DNA from: Rotaria socialis
Lineage: Eukaryota
NCBI GenBank assembly: GCA_905331295.1
Contig: CAJNYD010000423.1
Coordinates: 62,001 to 126,000, forward strand
Length of the DNA stretch: 64,000 nucleotides
Direction of reading: 5' to 3'
Below the pieces are notes generated by a model that worked only from the letters and a program-made list of their open reading frames with translations, was not told the DNA's origin and did no database searches. The translations under genes were made by a program, and so were the position numbers. Below are positions 39,788 to 54,034 of the stretch, piece by piece. Numbering within the stretch: the stretch's first letter is position 1; each line of letters begins with the position of its first letter.

Positions 39788-42700
39788 TTATTTTTCTTTA
39801 TCTTTATGTTTTTTATTTGGTACGTTTTCAGCTCGCGAAACTGTCGATATTCCATTAACAAATTTTGTTGTAAATAAAACATTTGCATTTGAAAACATTC
39901 CATCTTTTAATGAAACGATAATAAATTGAGCATTACGAAAACTTTTTCTTATAACTAAACCAATATTTTGTGTATGTGACATATCCAAAGCAGCATCGAC
40001 TTCATCAAGAATATATAAAGGTGCTGGACTATATTGAAGTAATGCTAGAACTAAGGATAGTCCAGCTAATGAACGTTGTCCACCACTTAATTCATCCAAT
40101 GTTTCTTTCCATAATGAACCAAATTGTACTTTTATTTCAAGACCTGTTAAAACAAGATCTTTTGGTGCACGATCAGCATCATAATGACCATTTAAAGATG
40201 TTAATTTTGCATTTGCATTATGTAATAATGTTGAAAATATTTCACCAAAAGATTTGTTAACACGTTGCCATGCAATACGTAATGCTTCTTGTTTTTTCTT
40301 ATCCCACTCAGCAACGACACGTTCAATGTTAGCTTTATCTTTGAGTACTTTCTTTTGTTTGGTTAATAACTACGAAACAAAAACAAGAATATATTGATAT
40401 CAGTTATAATTATGATAAAAAATAATAATAATAAAGAATACATCGATGCACAAGAATTAATCTCTCTGTGAAGAGGACGGAAGGTTTATCATATTTGGCA
40501 CGTATGATCATATTATGATATTTATCTATTCTTGGTGTTATTCGTTTTCAACAATGAATACATCAAATGAATTAGACAAGAGAAGAGATAAAACATTATT
40601 TCGATAGAAAATAGTGTACGGATCAAGTCGAGATCCATTCTTTATAATATCATCGAATTCATACAGAACTCATAATAAATAAATTCTAATCAGAATACTA
40701 TCTGGCTTAAGAGACGTAGTACGCTCAAATTTTAAAATTTGATCGGCGAATAGTTTTACATAAAACAAAGAGAATTCTTAAAGAATTTAAATCTCAGGTT
40801 GTCTCGAATCAAGATCCGATGTTTTCTGTATCAAAAACTTATTTATTCCATTACTCATCTCTGATTTGTTTAAAGAAATGAAAATATACAGGATGATTCT
40901 CTTTACAGTAATACTATCGTGAATACTGTGTCATAACATCGTATGAATAAAGAACCATAATTTTCCAATATAAAGCTTAATTTAATATATGAATGGCGAT
41001 GATAAATCAAATTAATTTAAATCAGCTCATAATTCGATTTTCACTATCACTTTTATCGAGGTGAATTCTCCTTAAACTTTTGTTTAGAATAATATTATTT
41101 CTATTTATTCGATTGAAATTAATACATTAGGACTCACATCCTATATAGCATAGTATTGTAAATAAAGTATTTAAGAAATTAAAAATAAAAGCAAAAGCTC
41201 AACAAGAGTAAATCTTCTTTCTTTGCTCGTGGCAGATTTTCTACATAAATCAATAACAATGAATTCTTTTAGGTTATTAATAGTTAATTTAACTTATCTC
41301 TGATTTAGCTTTTTTCGAGTAAATTTGTCTACTTTAATTCTTGATTCTTCTGGTCTAATGAATGATTATAGAATTTTATTGGGTAGAAATCTTCCCTTAA
41401 TATATATTTTATCATTAGTGGCCATACTCAGCATAGTCACAAAATTAAAGAGTAGATTAATTTCAAAGTTCGATTAAAAATTTTAATAGCATGCTGGAAA
41501 AAGAAAGAATTTTTAGTATGTTCTAAATTATACTAACCTGTTTATACATGGCTCTTTTTTGTTCTAATAAAGTCATAGCTCTTTCATCGACGTGTTTACT
41601 CATTTTAGTAACTTTTTCTTTATCATCTTTGGCATCTTTTTGCATTTTTGTAATATTCATGGAAGCAAAATCATATTGTCCACCGGATGTGCCAAATTTA
41701 TCTTTTTCTTCTTCAATCCATCGACCATGTTTTTCAATAATTAACTGTCTTCGTCGAACAGATTCTTTAACAATATTTTGTAAATCAACAATTGAATGTT
41801 TATTTTTTTCTAATTGCAGTTCAATTTCACGACGTTCCTTTATAAGTTGTTGTTCTTTTTGATGCAATGAATGTATACGATTATTATATTCGGTTAGGCG
41901 TGAACGTTTTGTTTGTAAATTTGAAAGTAATTCATCTATTTCCATCTGTTTATTGGCTAATGTTTTATTAGCATTATTCAGAGTTTGTGCACTAGTTTCT
42001 ATGGTATTGCGTAGCGTATCCATATCGGATGTTAGCGTATCAAGTTCAGCTTGTTGAGATTGAAGTTGCATTTCCAAATCTTAATAAACATAAAAGAAAA
42101 TTTCTCAGAATTATATTTATTCAATTGCTACTAAGAAACAAACACCCTAGAATGCAATGTAGGATTTTCCTGTATTTTCAAATAAACATTTAGTTTTTCT
42201 TTGTTAGATTACCACAACTGACATTTTTTTGCTATCATCACGGTTGCTTCGCCTGTAGAATACGTAATGAACATATAACGAACTGGATAAATATAGAAAA
42301 AATTTTCTTTTAAATGAGCGATTAAAAAAAAACGTTTCGCTTTATGTATCTGATAGAACTCTATCAAGAAAGTTTTTGTGTAAAAGACAAGATTACAATA
42401 GACGTATCAAACATGGCATCAAGCAATGATAATAATAGAATTAAGCATTACGCTTTTTTTCCGTCTAACAATGAATATAAAAACATTAGAATCCGACAGT
42501 TATGAAAATACTCAGCAATGATTTCAAACAACGTTGACAGTATTTTTGTCGATCAGCTTCAATACATGATTTTCAAAGATATTCTAAACTTCCGTTGAAA
42601 ATCAAGCAAAATTTCATGACTACATTTCAAATTTCGAACATAGTCTTCAATATGAGATGCTATGAAATATGATTAAGAAAATTTACCTTTTATTTGTGTT

Positions 42701-45700
42701 TGCATTTCTCTGGAACGTTTTTGACTTAGATCAACTTGTTTCTCTGCTTTTTTCATTAATTGTTCAATTTCAGCTAATTCTTTTTTTTTCGCTTCGCCTT
42801 CATTTTTAAATAATTTTTCTAATTCGCTTATTTTTTCGTTTAAAACTTTTTCTTCAATACGCTGTTCGTCTAATTCTTTTTTATTATTGAACTCTTGCTG
42901 TTCTAATGTTGTTATTTCTGTTTGTAAACGATGTTCATCATTTTGTGCTAATTTCAATTCTAATAATTGCATTTCATTTGTCAACGAATCAATTTGTTGT
43001 TGTAAATTTTGATTTTGAACATAGTCACGTTCGAGTTTAGTTAATTCTTGACGACTATTTGAATTATATTGTCGAATACTTTCCTCTAATTGATTCATTT
43101 CAGCAACAGTTTCGAGCAATGTAGGTCCACGATTTGTTCCACTACGATCACCACCTGATAAAATACCAGCGGGATTATAAATATCACCATCAAGTGTAAT
43201 AGCCATTGCATTTAAACCCAATTTTTCATCAAAGGCAACACGTTGAGCAATAGCTGATGTTGAACAAATGATTGTTGAGCCAAACACATAATTGATTAAT
43301 GTTTCATATTTTGAATGATTGTAAGTAACAAGATCTTTTGCTAGAAATATTGCATTTGGATCACCTAATTCACGTCGAGCTGATTCAATTTTATTTTTTG
43401 GAATTAAATTCGATGAAATTCGATTTAATGGAGCAAATGTTATACGTTTTTTTAAATCACCATATTTAAATAAAAGTTTACCTAAATATTTTGAAATAAG
43501 ATATAAATAATAAAATAGGGCATTTTTCTATAACTGAAGAACATCAGTTATACTATAGTAGACAATTTACGAAGAAGGAAGTTCTCTCATAATTCAATCC
43601 CTTTTAAATGAAAACTAAATGTCTCATCTAGATTCTAATGAATGACGAACATTTTGAAACACACCTCATGCCAGAGAAAAATATGCTAAAATCTATTTAT
43701 ATAAAATATAAATCAATTCTTCTTTACTTGTTTTATTTCATTTCATGAATGGCTAAAACATTCTGAGTAATCGAGGTAGTATTACGTTCAGATTGATAGG
43801 ATTTAGGAGATAATTCATTTGAATTCATAGAATATTTAATTGAAACATTCAATTAAAATTAAAATAATTTTCTTTTATCTTTTTGTGTAGACTACCTACC
43901 AAACATCTCTAACTTGCTTATTATTGCCGAAAGTTTACAATTTTTTAATCGTGTTAAGACGTCATTTTGGATTGCTGGAAAAATTGAGTTTTAGCCGTTA
44001 TATATAGAAAGAAATCTTCAGAACAATAGTTTAAGATGAACTTCAGATCTATGTTACTGATTGTTCAGAGAGAGAGAGAGAGAGAGATATAAATTAGGAG
44101 GTTAGGTTTAAAAATACTGGAAAAATATTTTATCTCAACAGGATTGCAACCTTTTTAAATCAAGTTGCAAATAAAAAATATTTTACTCAAGCATTGTAGA
44201 AATATTCGATGCATAGCTAGCTGCATGATTCTTAAGTAAGAAAATATGCAAGAGTCATTTTTTTTACTTGTTTCATCAGTATCGACAACAACATTGAATA
44301 ATTTTCCGCCAGCCGCTAATTCTAATGCTTGAGCATATTTTTTATCATTAATATTGAATAGAGTAGCAACTAAACCATGAACATGTTTCGCTCTATCGAA
44401 ATTGGGCGTCGGATTTGTATATTGAAAATCTAATTGATGATTTTGACGCCTCATTTGTTGTAGACGATTTTGATCTCGCGCCATATTTTCATCTTCATTT
44501 CGAATATCAGAACGAAGTTGTTTTAGACGTTCGACATCGAATTGCAGTTTGGCCAAATCTTTTTCACATTGATTTAACGTCATTTTTTTCTTGTCAAATT
44601 CACTACGCATCGACGAATATGTTCCTTGTTTTGATGTTAAAGATTTTTGTTCAGTACGAAGTTTTTTTAATTCACCAGTCGAATGATCGATCTAATACAA
44701 AAATACAATTAGAAAGAACAAGTATATAGTTCAAATAGAACAGACTCGTTGCTGAAGCTGCTTAATTTTTGTTGCAATTTCTCCACGTTGTTCTTTATAT
44801 TTATCTAATCTTTCTTTATTTGTCAATCGACTGTCATCATTTGATCCATGAGCAACTTGAGAACTACTACCAACAACAGCTGTACCCGTACTAACAGCTT
44901 CATGACGTCGTTGTAATTGTTTAACATGTTCAGTGTCCGTAAGAACTTTTTTATCTAAATCAACTAATTCTTCTCGACTTTTTTCAATATCATTTTCTAA
45001 ATTTTCAATTGAATTGGTTAATTGTTTATGTTGTTGCTCGGAATCAGTTAATTGTTGTTTGTATTGAGACAATTGCTTTGCTAAACGATCATTATCATTA
45101 GTTAAATTACGAAGTTCAACTAATTGTTTGTCATAAACCGTTTGTAATTCTGATACTTCGTTGCCAACGTCTAGAATAGTAAGGAAATATTCATTTTTTT
45201 CTGATTTTTAAATATACTACTAGTGAGTGATTAATATTCTGTTTACGATATAGTTGAATAGGAGTACAAATTTGGATTTAGGAAGCTTTTGGACAGTAGT
45301 ACTTGATTGTATTCAATCTAGTCTTGTATTCAAGTATATTTTTTAGATCAAGTTCATTCGACCAAATTCACTGCTTAATGTTTAACATATTAAGATACAT
45401 TTATCTGTACAAATGGATAATCGATCTCGATAAGAAAGATTCGAATAAACCAGTGATGAAAAACAAATTCGTACAAGTTTCAAAAAATTTTACTGGGCAG
45501 AACATGTGCTTCACTGTGACCATAACAAGTAATTATAATTATTCGCCAAGAAATATCACATTATATGGTTACCCTTTATGAACTGTTGATACTCGTATCT
45601 TCCTGCAACTCTGCTAGATATCTTATCATAAATTGTCAAGATAAATCTGGCTGCACATATCCACTATTTCAGATGAAAATAAATAGTGAAATTTAGTCTA

Positions 45701-46817
45701 GTTGTCTATGATATTTTTTTTTCTCTCTCCATAGAACGTTCATAACCTTCATTGTACAGTTATTCTCTAGTCTATGTCAAAATGTGTCATATGCATCCTT
45801 TTAAATATGAATTGATTCAAAATCTAATTTTTTTACACACGTAAATTGATCATATCGAACTCAAAATTCGATATACAAACTCACTTTCGTTTCTTTCTCT
45901 TTCAATAAGTTTAACTTCATTATGAATTTGTTGAATTTCTTCTGTAATAACTTCATTTCTTTCTTGATATTCACTGGTTTGTGATTCCATATTTTCAACA
46001 TCAGTTTCTGTTTGTTTCACCGATGTAATTAACTGCCAATATTCATAGGCAATTAATTGATCGTTCAATAATTTATAACGTTTTTTCAATTCTGTATACA
46101 TTTTATAATTTTGTTCATCTTGCTGTAACTTATTAATAGTTGGTGTTATATCTGTATCAATTGTGGTACGAATCTCTTTTAATTTATCATCTTTTTTTGC
46201 AATTGTTTTTAAAGCTTCTGCTTTTTTTTGATCGTACATACGTGTACCAGCAGCTTCTTCGATTAAACCAAGAATTTCTTGTGGTTTAGATTTAGATACT
46301 TTGGTGACTTGACCTTGTAAAATAAGAAAACGTGGATTATTCACATTTAATGACACAGATTTAAATAAATCATGTATTGCTGATTGTGTTGCATTTTTTC
46401 CATTCAATAAATATTTCGATTTATTTGATTCAACAATGCGCGTTACAGTTAATTCATCAACTAGAAAAGAAAATCGTTGAATATTTTTTCTCAAACGACG
46501 TAGAAGATATTTAAACGAAACCTACTCATTTTATAACCATCAGGTGCTTGTTCTTTATTTCGATTGTCAAACATAATTGAAACACTAGCTCGTGTTACAC
46601 CAGCCGTACCTTGTTTATAAATAAAATCTGATAGAGCTTGGGCACGAACTTGTGATAACGATGTTATGCCCATAACAAAACATATTGAATCAAGTATATT
46701 CGATTTTCCACTACCGTTTAAACCTGTAATAGCATTAAAATGTTCATCGAATGGACCGACGGTTGTTCGAGTTGCATAAGATTTGAAACCTTCAAGAACG
46801 ATCTCACGTATATGCAT
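39788..46817 (-). CDS. SMC2: Structural maintenance of chromosomes protein 2 (condensin subunit); multi-exon
   Basis: N-terminal [31 protein letters not shown] and [13 protein letters not shown]; hinge [12 protein letters not shown] and [18 protein letters not shown]-terminal ELSGGQRSL and [23 protein letters not shown]. Confidence 0.95.
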
Positions 46818-49803
46818 CTTGACAAGACAAGATATGACTGAATTGTGTTTCCTTTTTTATTCGTTCAACGATTTTCTTTCTTTTAGAAAATATAAAAGAA
46901 TATTGGAAACGGCAAATCATAATGGAGATAGATGTCGTTCAATTTTTGCGAACAATACAATTTTACGAGAGATTCTCGTTTGAAATTCGTCTTTTATTTT
47001 TTTTTATTAAAAAAGTATATCCGAAAGGGTCGGATTGATAAAAAAAACTATACTTTTAGTTTTATGATGATAGTTATTATGAACATAAGTGATATTAAAT
47101 TCATGATTTGATTTAAACGAATTTCATCCGCATACAATACTCTCGTGTGAATATGTCATAAACTAATCACAGATATCGAAATATAAAATAGTCTTTTTCA
47201 ACAAATATAATAATTTTGATGTTTTCCGCACTTAGTGGATTCATTAATATAGCAACTCTATGAGAATGATCTCGTTACGAATCCGAATGAGGAAAATTTC
47301 TCATAAACATTTGTTAACGGACTAACAATTGAAGCAGTCGTCGGCAACTATTTATTTTAGTCTTTTTTTTACATAAATTTATTAGATTCAATCGTGAATA
47401 TTCGAAATATTTATTCCAAAATAAGTGATTATAATTAGGAAATAAAGAATTCACAGAAATTTTCCGAATTTTGCTACGCAACAATGATTCGTACATCTTC
47501 ATAGATTTCAACTACTTTTCTTTTAATTTGCCATAATTAGGATAACTATGATTTAAAACTCAAATATGAATTCAATGATGGCTGTAATATTCTTCTCATT
47601 CATTTATTTAGCCCTTCTGAATTTCATCAATAGATTTTATCTATATCTATGAAAAACTAATGTTTACCTTATTGTCATAGTGATCTTATCGTAATATATG
47701 AAGTTGAAAGTGATTAAGAAACATTTGGAGATTTTCACAAAAAAAATTCAATATAGAAAAGAATGATTAGGGTGATATTTATATTCACATTATCGAGAAC
47801 TTGTCTACGGTGACAGATATTCTTCTTAATTTCAAACAACTTTTGAAGGCCTTCAATTAATGATCAGTTTGCATCGTTCATAGAGCATCTTTGAAAACAT
47901 TCTAATACGAACCCGAAATCTTCATTTTTCAGGGAAAAATGATTTTTCGATAAGTATTCACTTAATTATTTTATATGATTTCCAAAAACTCAGTGCATAT
48001 GATAAAATAAGACAACATAGTTTTATATATATTTCAATAGTAACATAACAAAATGTTAAACTTCCATTCGAGAAAAGCATGAATAACTAAGAAGAATTCA
48101 AAGGTAAGTTTAGGCCTTCAGTGTTTACACTAACAAACTGGAATAGCTGAAAATCAAAGTTTCTCCTATTGGTACCTACAATATTTTCAAGTAAATATAT
48201 GTTATAGAATATAATAGGTTCCTGATGTTTTCCTTTTACTTTGCATATAGTTCGAGTTTTTTTTTCTTCTAAAGATAAATTCGAAACAAAGATGTATTTG
48301 TCTTAGTGATCATATACTATATTATAAACGATGATATCAAAGTAAATCGAACGGTATTAAAGAATGCTATAATCATTGATGTATCATGTAAATACGTACA
48401 ATTAATAAAGAAATTTATGAAAACAAAGAATAAATCAAATAAGAAATAAATGATTTTATTTTATTGGAATAGTTTTAATCGAAAAAATTTTATATTGGCT
48501 CCTTTTTCTCCTTAAAAAATGAATGGCTTACGAGTATAGATTCCTGTTAAAGATCGTATATCAAGATTAGTAATGAACTCATTGTTGCTCCATTAGAACT
48601 GTAGAACAATATGAAAATTTAAACCGATAAAATAAGGACCACTAATCAAATAATTAGAATTAGTCAAAATGACAGATATGAGAGATGGAATTTTAATCTG
48701 TTACAAATCACTAGGCGGACCCTTCGATTCTTTGATCAATCTGAGTAAATATACACCTATTTATGTGGTTTCGTCGAATCTTTAGAAATTTGTGTCTAAT
48801 TTTTTTACAATTGAATGATTCATTCATAAGATCTTCAATATAGTTTTCTAAATAGACACTAGTACATCATTCCTGGTTTAAAGATTATTTTTTAATGACT
48901 GTAACAATTTATAAACCAAATCCAAATTGACGAAGATATTTCACAACAAATCATGTATTATGATTATTAAAACTTAGATTCAAAATGTTTTTCTATCTAT
49001 GATTAAAGCGTCAGTCATAGATCAGCAAACTAGTGTCAAAATAAATTAAACATGCCATTCTATCTTGTCTGCTTAATTCTTTGTAAAATAAGCAAGATAT
49101 ATCTTGCAGAATATCATGTTCATATTTTCTATTGGAAATTAATGAAAATAGAAAACATCATGGAAATCATGAATAATTTGGTCTTAATTTTCATTGCAGA
49201 TTGAAATATCATTTGTTTCGTCTTCATCGTTACAAGTAACATTTGTATTCACTTTTTGTTTCTATGCAGTCCAGAATTCTAATTATATACAAAGCGAGAG
49301 AAAAAAAACAAGATTATACGAATAATATCAATATAAGATTTGTGCATACAAAAAACATCATTTTTATGATTAATTTTCATGTTTTAAGGCTAGTTACAGA
49401 AAGAGACGGGAGAGAGATGGAAGCTATTTAAAGGAGGGTGTGGGTGTGTGACTACACATACCATGTGGTTGACTAGTTAATTGCAACAGGGTATATCAGA
49501 AGAAGAGAGAGACAGAGAGAAACTACTTTTATAGTGCGTGTGTTTTTATCCAACAGAAACTATCATTCATATGGAGAGTCTACAAGCAACGCGAATCAAC
49601 AAGACTAGAACTCATCTTGAGACACATAAATTCATCATTATTGAAACAGCTCAATCTTGCTATCCAGTATCACAACAGAAGCTGTTTTTCATTAATGTAG
49701 AAAAGAAAGACTAGAGAGAAATCACGAGGTAGAAAATCAAGGTAATACTTCATATGATATAAGAATGGTTCTTGAGTTTTGTTTTACTTTTCAACATAAA
49801 AAT

Positions 49804-50336
49804 ATGATTAAATCTTCTTTTCCTCATTTATTGCTATTAATTATTAGTATTATTACTTTATTACTATCTACCATTGTCAATTGTAATAACAAGGATGATG
49901 CAATTGAAGCAACGTTATTTGAAAAAAGACTAACAGAAAAACCGACAGTAGATCGTCTATATGATTTATAGGAACAAGCAAATAAAAATCGTGAAGATAT
50001 GAGCATTTTTATTCAAGACCTATTACAACCGTATTCCAATCGTCGATCATCATTTCATGCTATGCGAGGAAAACGACGAGCTATTCTACCAAGGGGGAAA
50101 AAGCGATTTATGAGTTTCATGATTTTTCTGAGTTTAGCTGATTTAAAATGAGCTTGAGAAAACGAAAAATTTGCTAAACTAACTAAAAACTATTCCAAAT
50201 CATAAATTATTACTGAAAATCATTCAAAGGCACCGAAACTCACGCAAACTCATTCCAATACAGTTAATTTATATTGATTGTAAGTTGAGTTTTACTGTGA
50301 TTTAAATCAGCTTTTCCCCCTTGTATTTTACCATAG
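49804..50336 (+). pseudogene. Small neuropeptide precursor (tachykinin-related SSFHAMR-amide) with an in-frame TAG and a 3' MITE insertion
   Basis: Signal peptide MIKSSFPHLLLLIISIITLLLSTIVNC; TAG at 49969-49971; the same frame continues EQANKNRED...NRR-SSFHAMR-G-KRR-AILP; original stop at 50334-50336 beyond the MITE; AATAAA at 50381. Confidence 0.65.
50090..50323. mobile_element. hAT-type MITE of the CAAGGGGGAA TIR family
   Basis: TIR CAAGGGGGAAAA(A)GC.GATTT and AAATCAGCTTTTCCCCCTTG; 8-bp TSD TATTCTAC/TATTTTAC (one mismatch). Confidence 0.85.
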
Positions 50337-53300
50337 TTTGAAACGACATTATTTTATGTAAAAGAAATTTCTTTTTATCAAATAAAAAAAGTTCCTTGAA
50401 ATTAAACGTTTATCATAGTTCTTAAAGCAGATTATTGTAGTATCTGTATAAGATTATCATTTATTTTAAGGTTTCATTGTTCATGTACACTATTTTCAAC
50501 TTTATTTTGGCTCTATTTTCAGTTAAAGTAAACATTGTGCTATATAATTAGTCTATAATTAATTTGGACGTATGATACGTGCTAATATAGATAATATTAT
50601 CTTTAACAAGCTGATTAAAATATAAATGTCGATTTAACCATCGAGATTATGATAATGTTTACAAGAGTATTTCTATTTTTCTATACCTAAAAATCCTTTA
50701 AAAATGTTTATGTTTATATTTGAAAATGCGCAAGAAAACAATATGCTTTTATTATTCTGTATTAATAATACTGAAAATATTCCCTAATGAATCTAGACGG
50801 AAAAGTGGTGCACTGTGCAAAGAATTAAAAATAGATATTCAATGAATATATATATGTGTCCATTTTGTTAACATTGAACACATCCATTTTAACATCGTCG
50901 AACAATTTTTTTAATGCATGAACTCTAATTTTTAGTTGAAAACGACTTAAAACAGTGAAGCTTTTGAATACAGTCAATTAGATCCGATTAGATTTTTTTC
51001 AAAAATATTCATTCTAACAATGCTATCATGATGTTTCTATATACTTCAAACTAATTGTACGATTTCGTGGCATCAGATATTGCAATGATTTTTTTCTATG
51101 TTCTAAAGGAAAATAATGAAAAATAACACATTCGAATTCTTGTAACTTTGTTAGAAAAAATGAATTAACTTTTAAGCAGTTTCTTTTATTTGTAGTTCAT
51201 TGAACTATTTTCGTGCTCAGTTCAACGACATGATTTCTTATTCAAAAAGTTAACATGAACAAATGAGAAACAATACTTCAGCAGCTTGATGATATTTCTT
51301 CGGCAAACATGCATTCCAACTTAACTACGTATTGCAGTATCAGAATCACTTAGAGATCAGGACTAGATTCACATTTTGACAAGTGATCTCCTTAGACGTT
51401 CATAGCAATCAGTGCTGTAGGTTATAATTGATGTAGTCATTTGGTTTCTCTACTCATAAATATCAGTTAATATGCAAATTATATGTATAATAGATTTTTC
51501 AAATCGGTTTTGAATACAATACATAATTGACTTTGACAAAAGAAGATGACTTCAGCATGGCTATGCATTTCCATTTGATAACAACTCTTATTTCGTATTT
51601 ATGAGCAATGTGCTAGAGAATAAAACTATTGAAAGATCATCAGCACAATTCTGAAAAGGTTTACTATCGACATGACGATGAAGTAAAATAGATCTTTCTT
51701 ACGATCAGCATCTATCGAATTCGAACTTTTGTGAATTTGGGCATACACGATTTGTATCGGCATAATACTGCAAATACTTTGATATTTGGAGGCTTCACAT
51801 TATGAGCTGTCCTTCAAATATTCCTTCTAACACCTACACCTCAGTTCAATTAAAAAAATGGCACACTATGGTAATCATAAAGTTTCGTGAAACACTACAT
51901 CTGCCTTATTAACTAGCATAGGAATTGGCAATATTGTTGTAAGATTTTGAAATATATCATATGTCATGTATAGACAGATGTTCAGCAATCGGAAACACAA
52001 ATGAGTGTGTGACTGTGGCTGAAGTTATTCGTGTTGAGATTGATTGTTGTTAATACGCTGGGATGTAATAATTTTGTATCATTTCCCGTTAAGACAATAT
52101 TCACACACACTATAGAGTCGACGTCAATTACACCTACATCTCACATCCGTAAACTCTTTCGATAATTACAAAAAAATGCGAACACTACAGGAAACCATCT
52201 GCACATGTTCGTAACAGTTTTATTTCTCTATGTTTTTTTCTGAGCCAAAGGAATGAAATAAAAATAACGAATTCAATTTCAAACTATGATTTAGTACTGA
52301 ATACTACTGTTTTGTCAACACCGCTGATATTGTCACTTTGTTCTGCCAATGGTAATATCCTCTAGTAAAATGATGATTTACTCGATAAGTCAACTAAAGT
52401 AACATTTTGTTTGCTTATAAAATACATAGTTTGTTGATCAATAAAAAATGCCCAAGCTAGCGAATCTGGATAATTTTGAATTGGTAAGAATAAATCCCAT
52501 CGATCATTCTTTAGATTTTAAAGACAAATACCACCCAAGCCACAATAGCCACAATCACTTACAAATGTGTTTAATTTTGTTGAATAAGCAAAATTACATA
52601 ATAAATTATTTTCAATTTGTTTTAATACCCATTGCCCAGTTTCAATACTATTTGCCAAAATGTGATGTGCATCATTTACCAGATTATACAGTACCTATCC
52701 AACAAAGACGAAAACGAACATACTTTTTAATGTGAAAGTAAACTACATACAACATGAAAAGTAGGTTCAACTTTATTGAAATTCCAAGCTGAATAGCCAC
52801 TTGGTGGATCTAGCACTTGATATGCATTAGAAAATATGCCACCAAAATTGATGATATCTACACCCAAGAAAGAACAAATTGATGAAGCCATTGATTTTTA
52901 TCTTGTAAGCACTATGTATTAGAAAAGTTGATTATACAATGATTAAATGATAACGATTCAAGTTATTGGAACAGTTATTCATTTTTTGAAAATATTTGTT
53001 GCATACCTTTCAATATGTTCGAACTAATTCAATGGAGAAATTGTATAAATACAAAGTCTACTATAAACATATTTGCTTTCTGATTATGACTCCAGAATAT
53101 TATGAATTAGTTTTGTTAAATTGATGAATATTTGCTTTGCTGAATGCAATAGAGAACAGCTTACCATGACTCCACTCTACTGGTATTAGAGATTGCATTG
53201 GTTGACTACAAGACGTTTTCATAGATTTTAATGATGGTCAATGATTTAAATTAGTGATATTAATAAGATATGCGTGATAATCACAATCGATCATTAACAT

Positions 53301-53591
53301 GATATATGATATATTTTGATCTTTGAAACCAAGTACAGAGCCAAAACGATCAGCAACATTTATTGAATACCATTGAATAATTTCATTCGATATAGCATGA
53401 CTATTCAATGGATCAATGTCAATTTTGTAAAGAAAACATGATTTATCGACATGATCACAAGCTGTCAAAACTAGTTATGCATCTTACGTTGTAGCTATTG
53501 TGCGTGTTGTGAAAAGTACAACTAAAATAAACATTTTCTTGTGTTTCTACTTTTTTTTGAAAATACATTTCAATTAGATGCATGTTATTGT

Positions 53592-53700
53592 CAGGGTGGT
53601 GAGATCAAAAATTGAAAAACCAGAAAATACTTTTTCAAAATCAGAAAACAATCAGAAAATATCTCTGAAAAATCAGAAATGAATCAGAAAATGGCAGTTT
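53592..53700. repeat. Possible isolated DNA-transposon end with AATCAGAAA subterminal repeats
   Basis: CAGGGTGG start followed by several AATCAGAAA units; no matching other end found. Confidence 0.3.
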
Positions 53701-54034
53701 TTGGCAAATTAGTAGGTCTTTCGCTAAAATACTGGCATCCAAAATTCTGCTGCGTTTCTGTTCATTGACTGAAACTTTATTTTCAAAGATATTTCAATAA
53801 AACGAAAGACAATATAGTGAATATATCATTTAGCTAATACGAAGACATCAATACAAGATACTTAATGTTGAGCTTCTTTTTAAATTTAAAACTCGTTCAC
53901 AAAAACGAGCAGAACTAAATCACATACATTCTGCGTAGATTAAGAAATCCAACGAGAAAAAAACGTTAAATTTCATCATTTCGGTATTGTTATTCATATT
54001 TCGTATCTTTTGGAATTTGCTCTAGGAAGTTTGT

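Noticed and set aside
44066..44087. (GA)n tract in an SMC2 intron, plus (TA)n tracts elsewhere
   Set aside because: Ordinary microsatellites.
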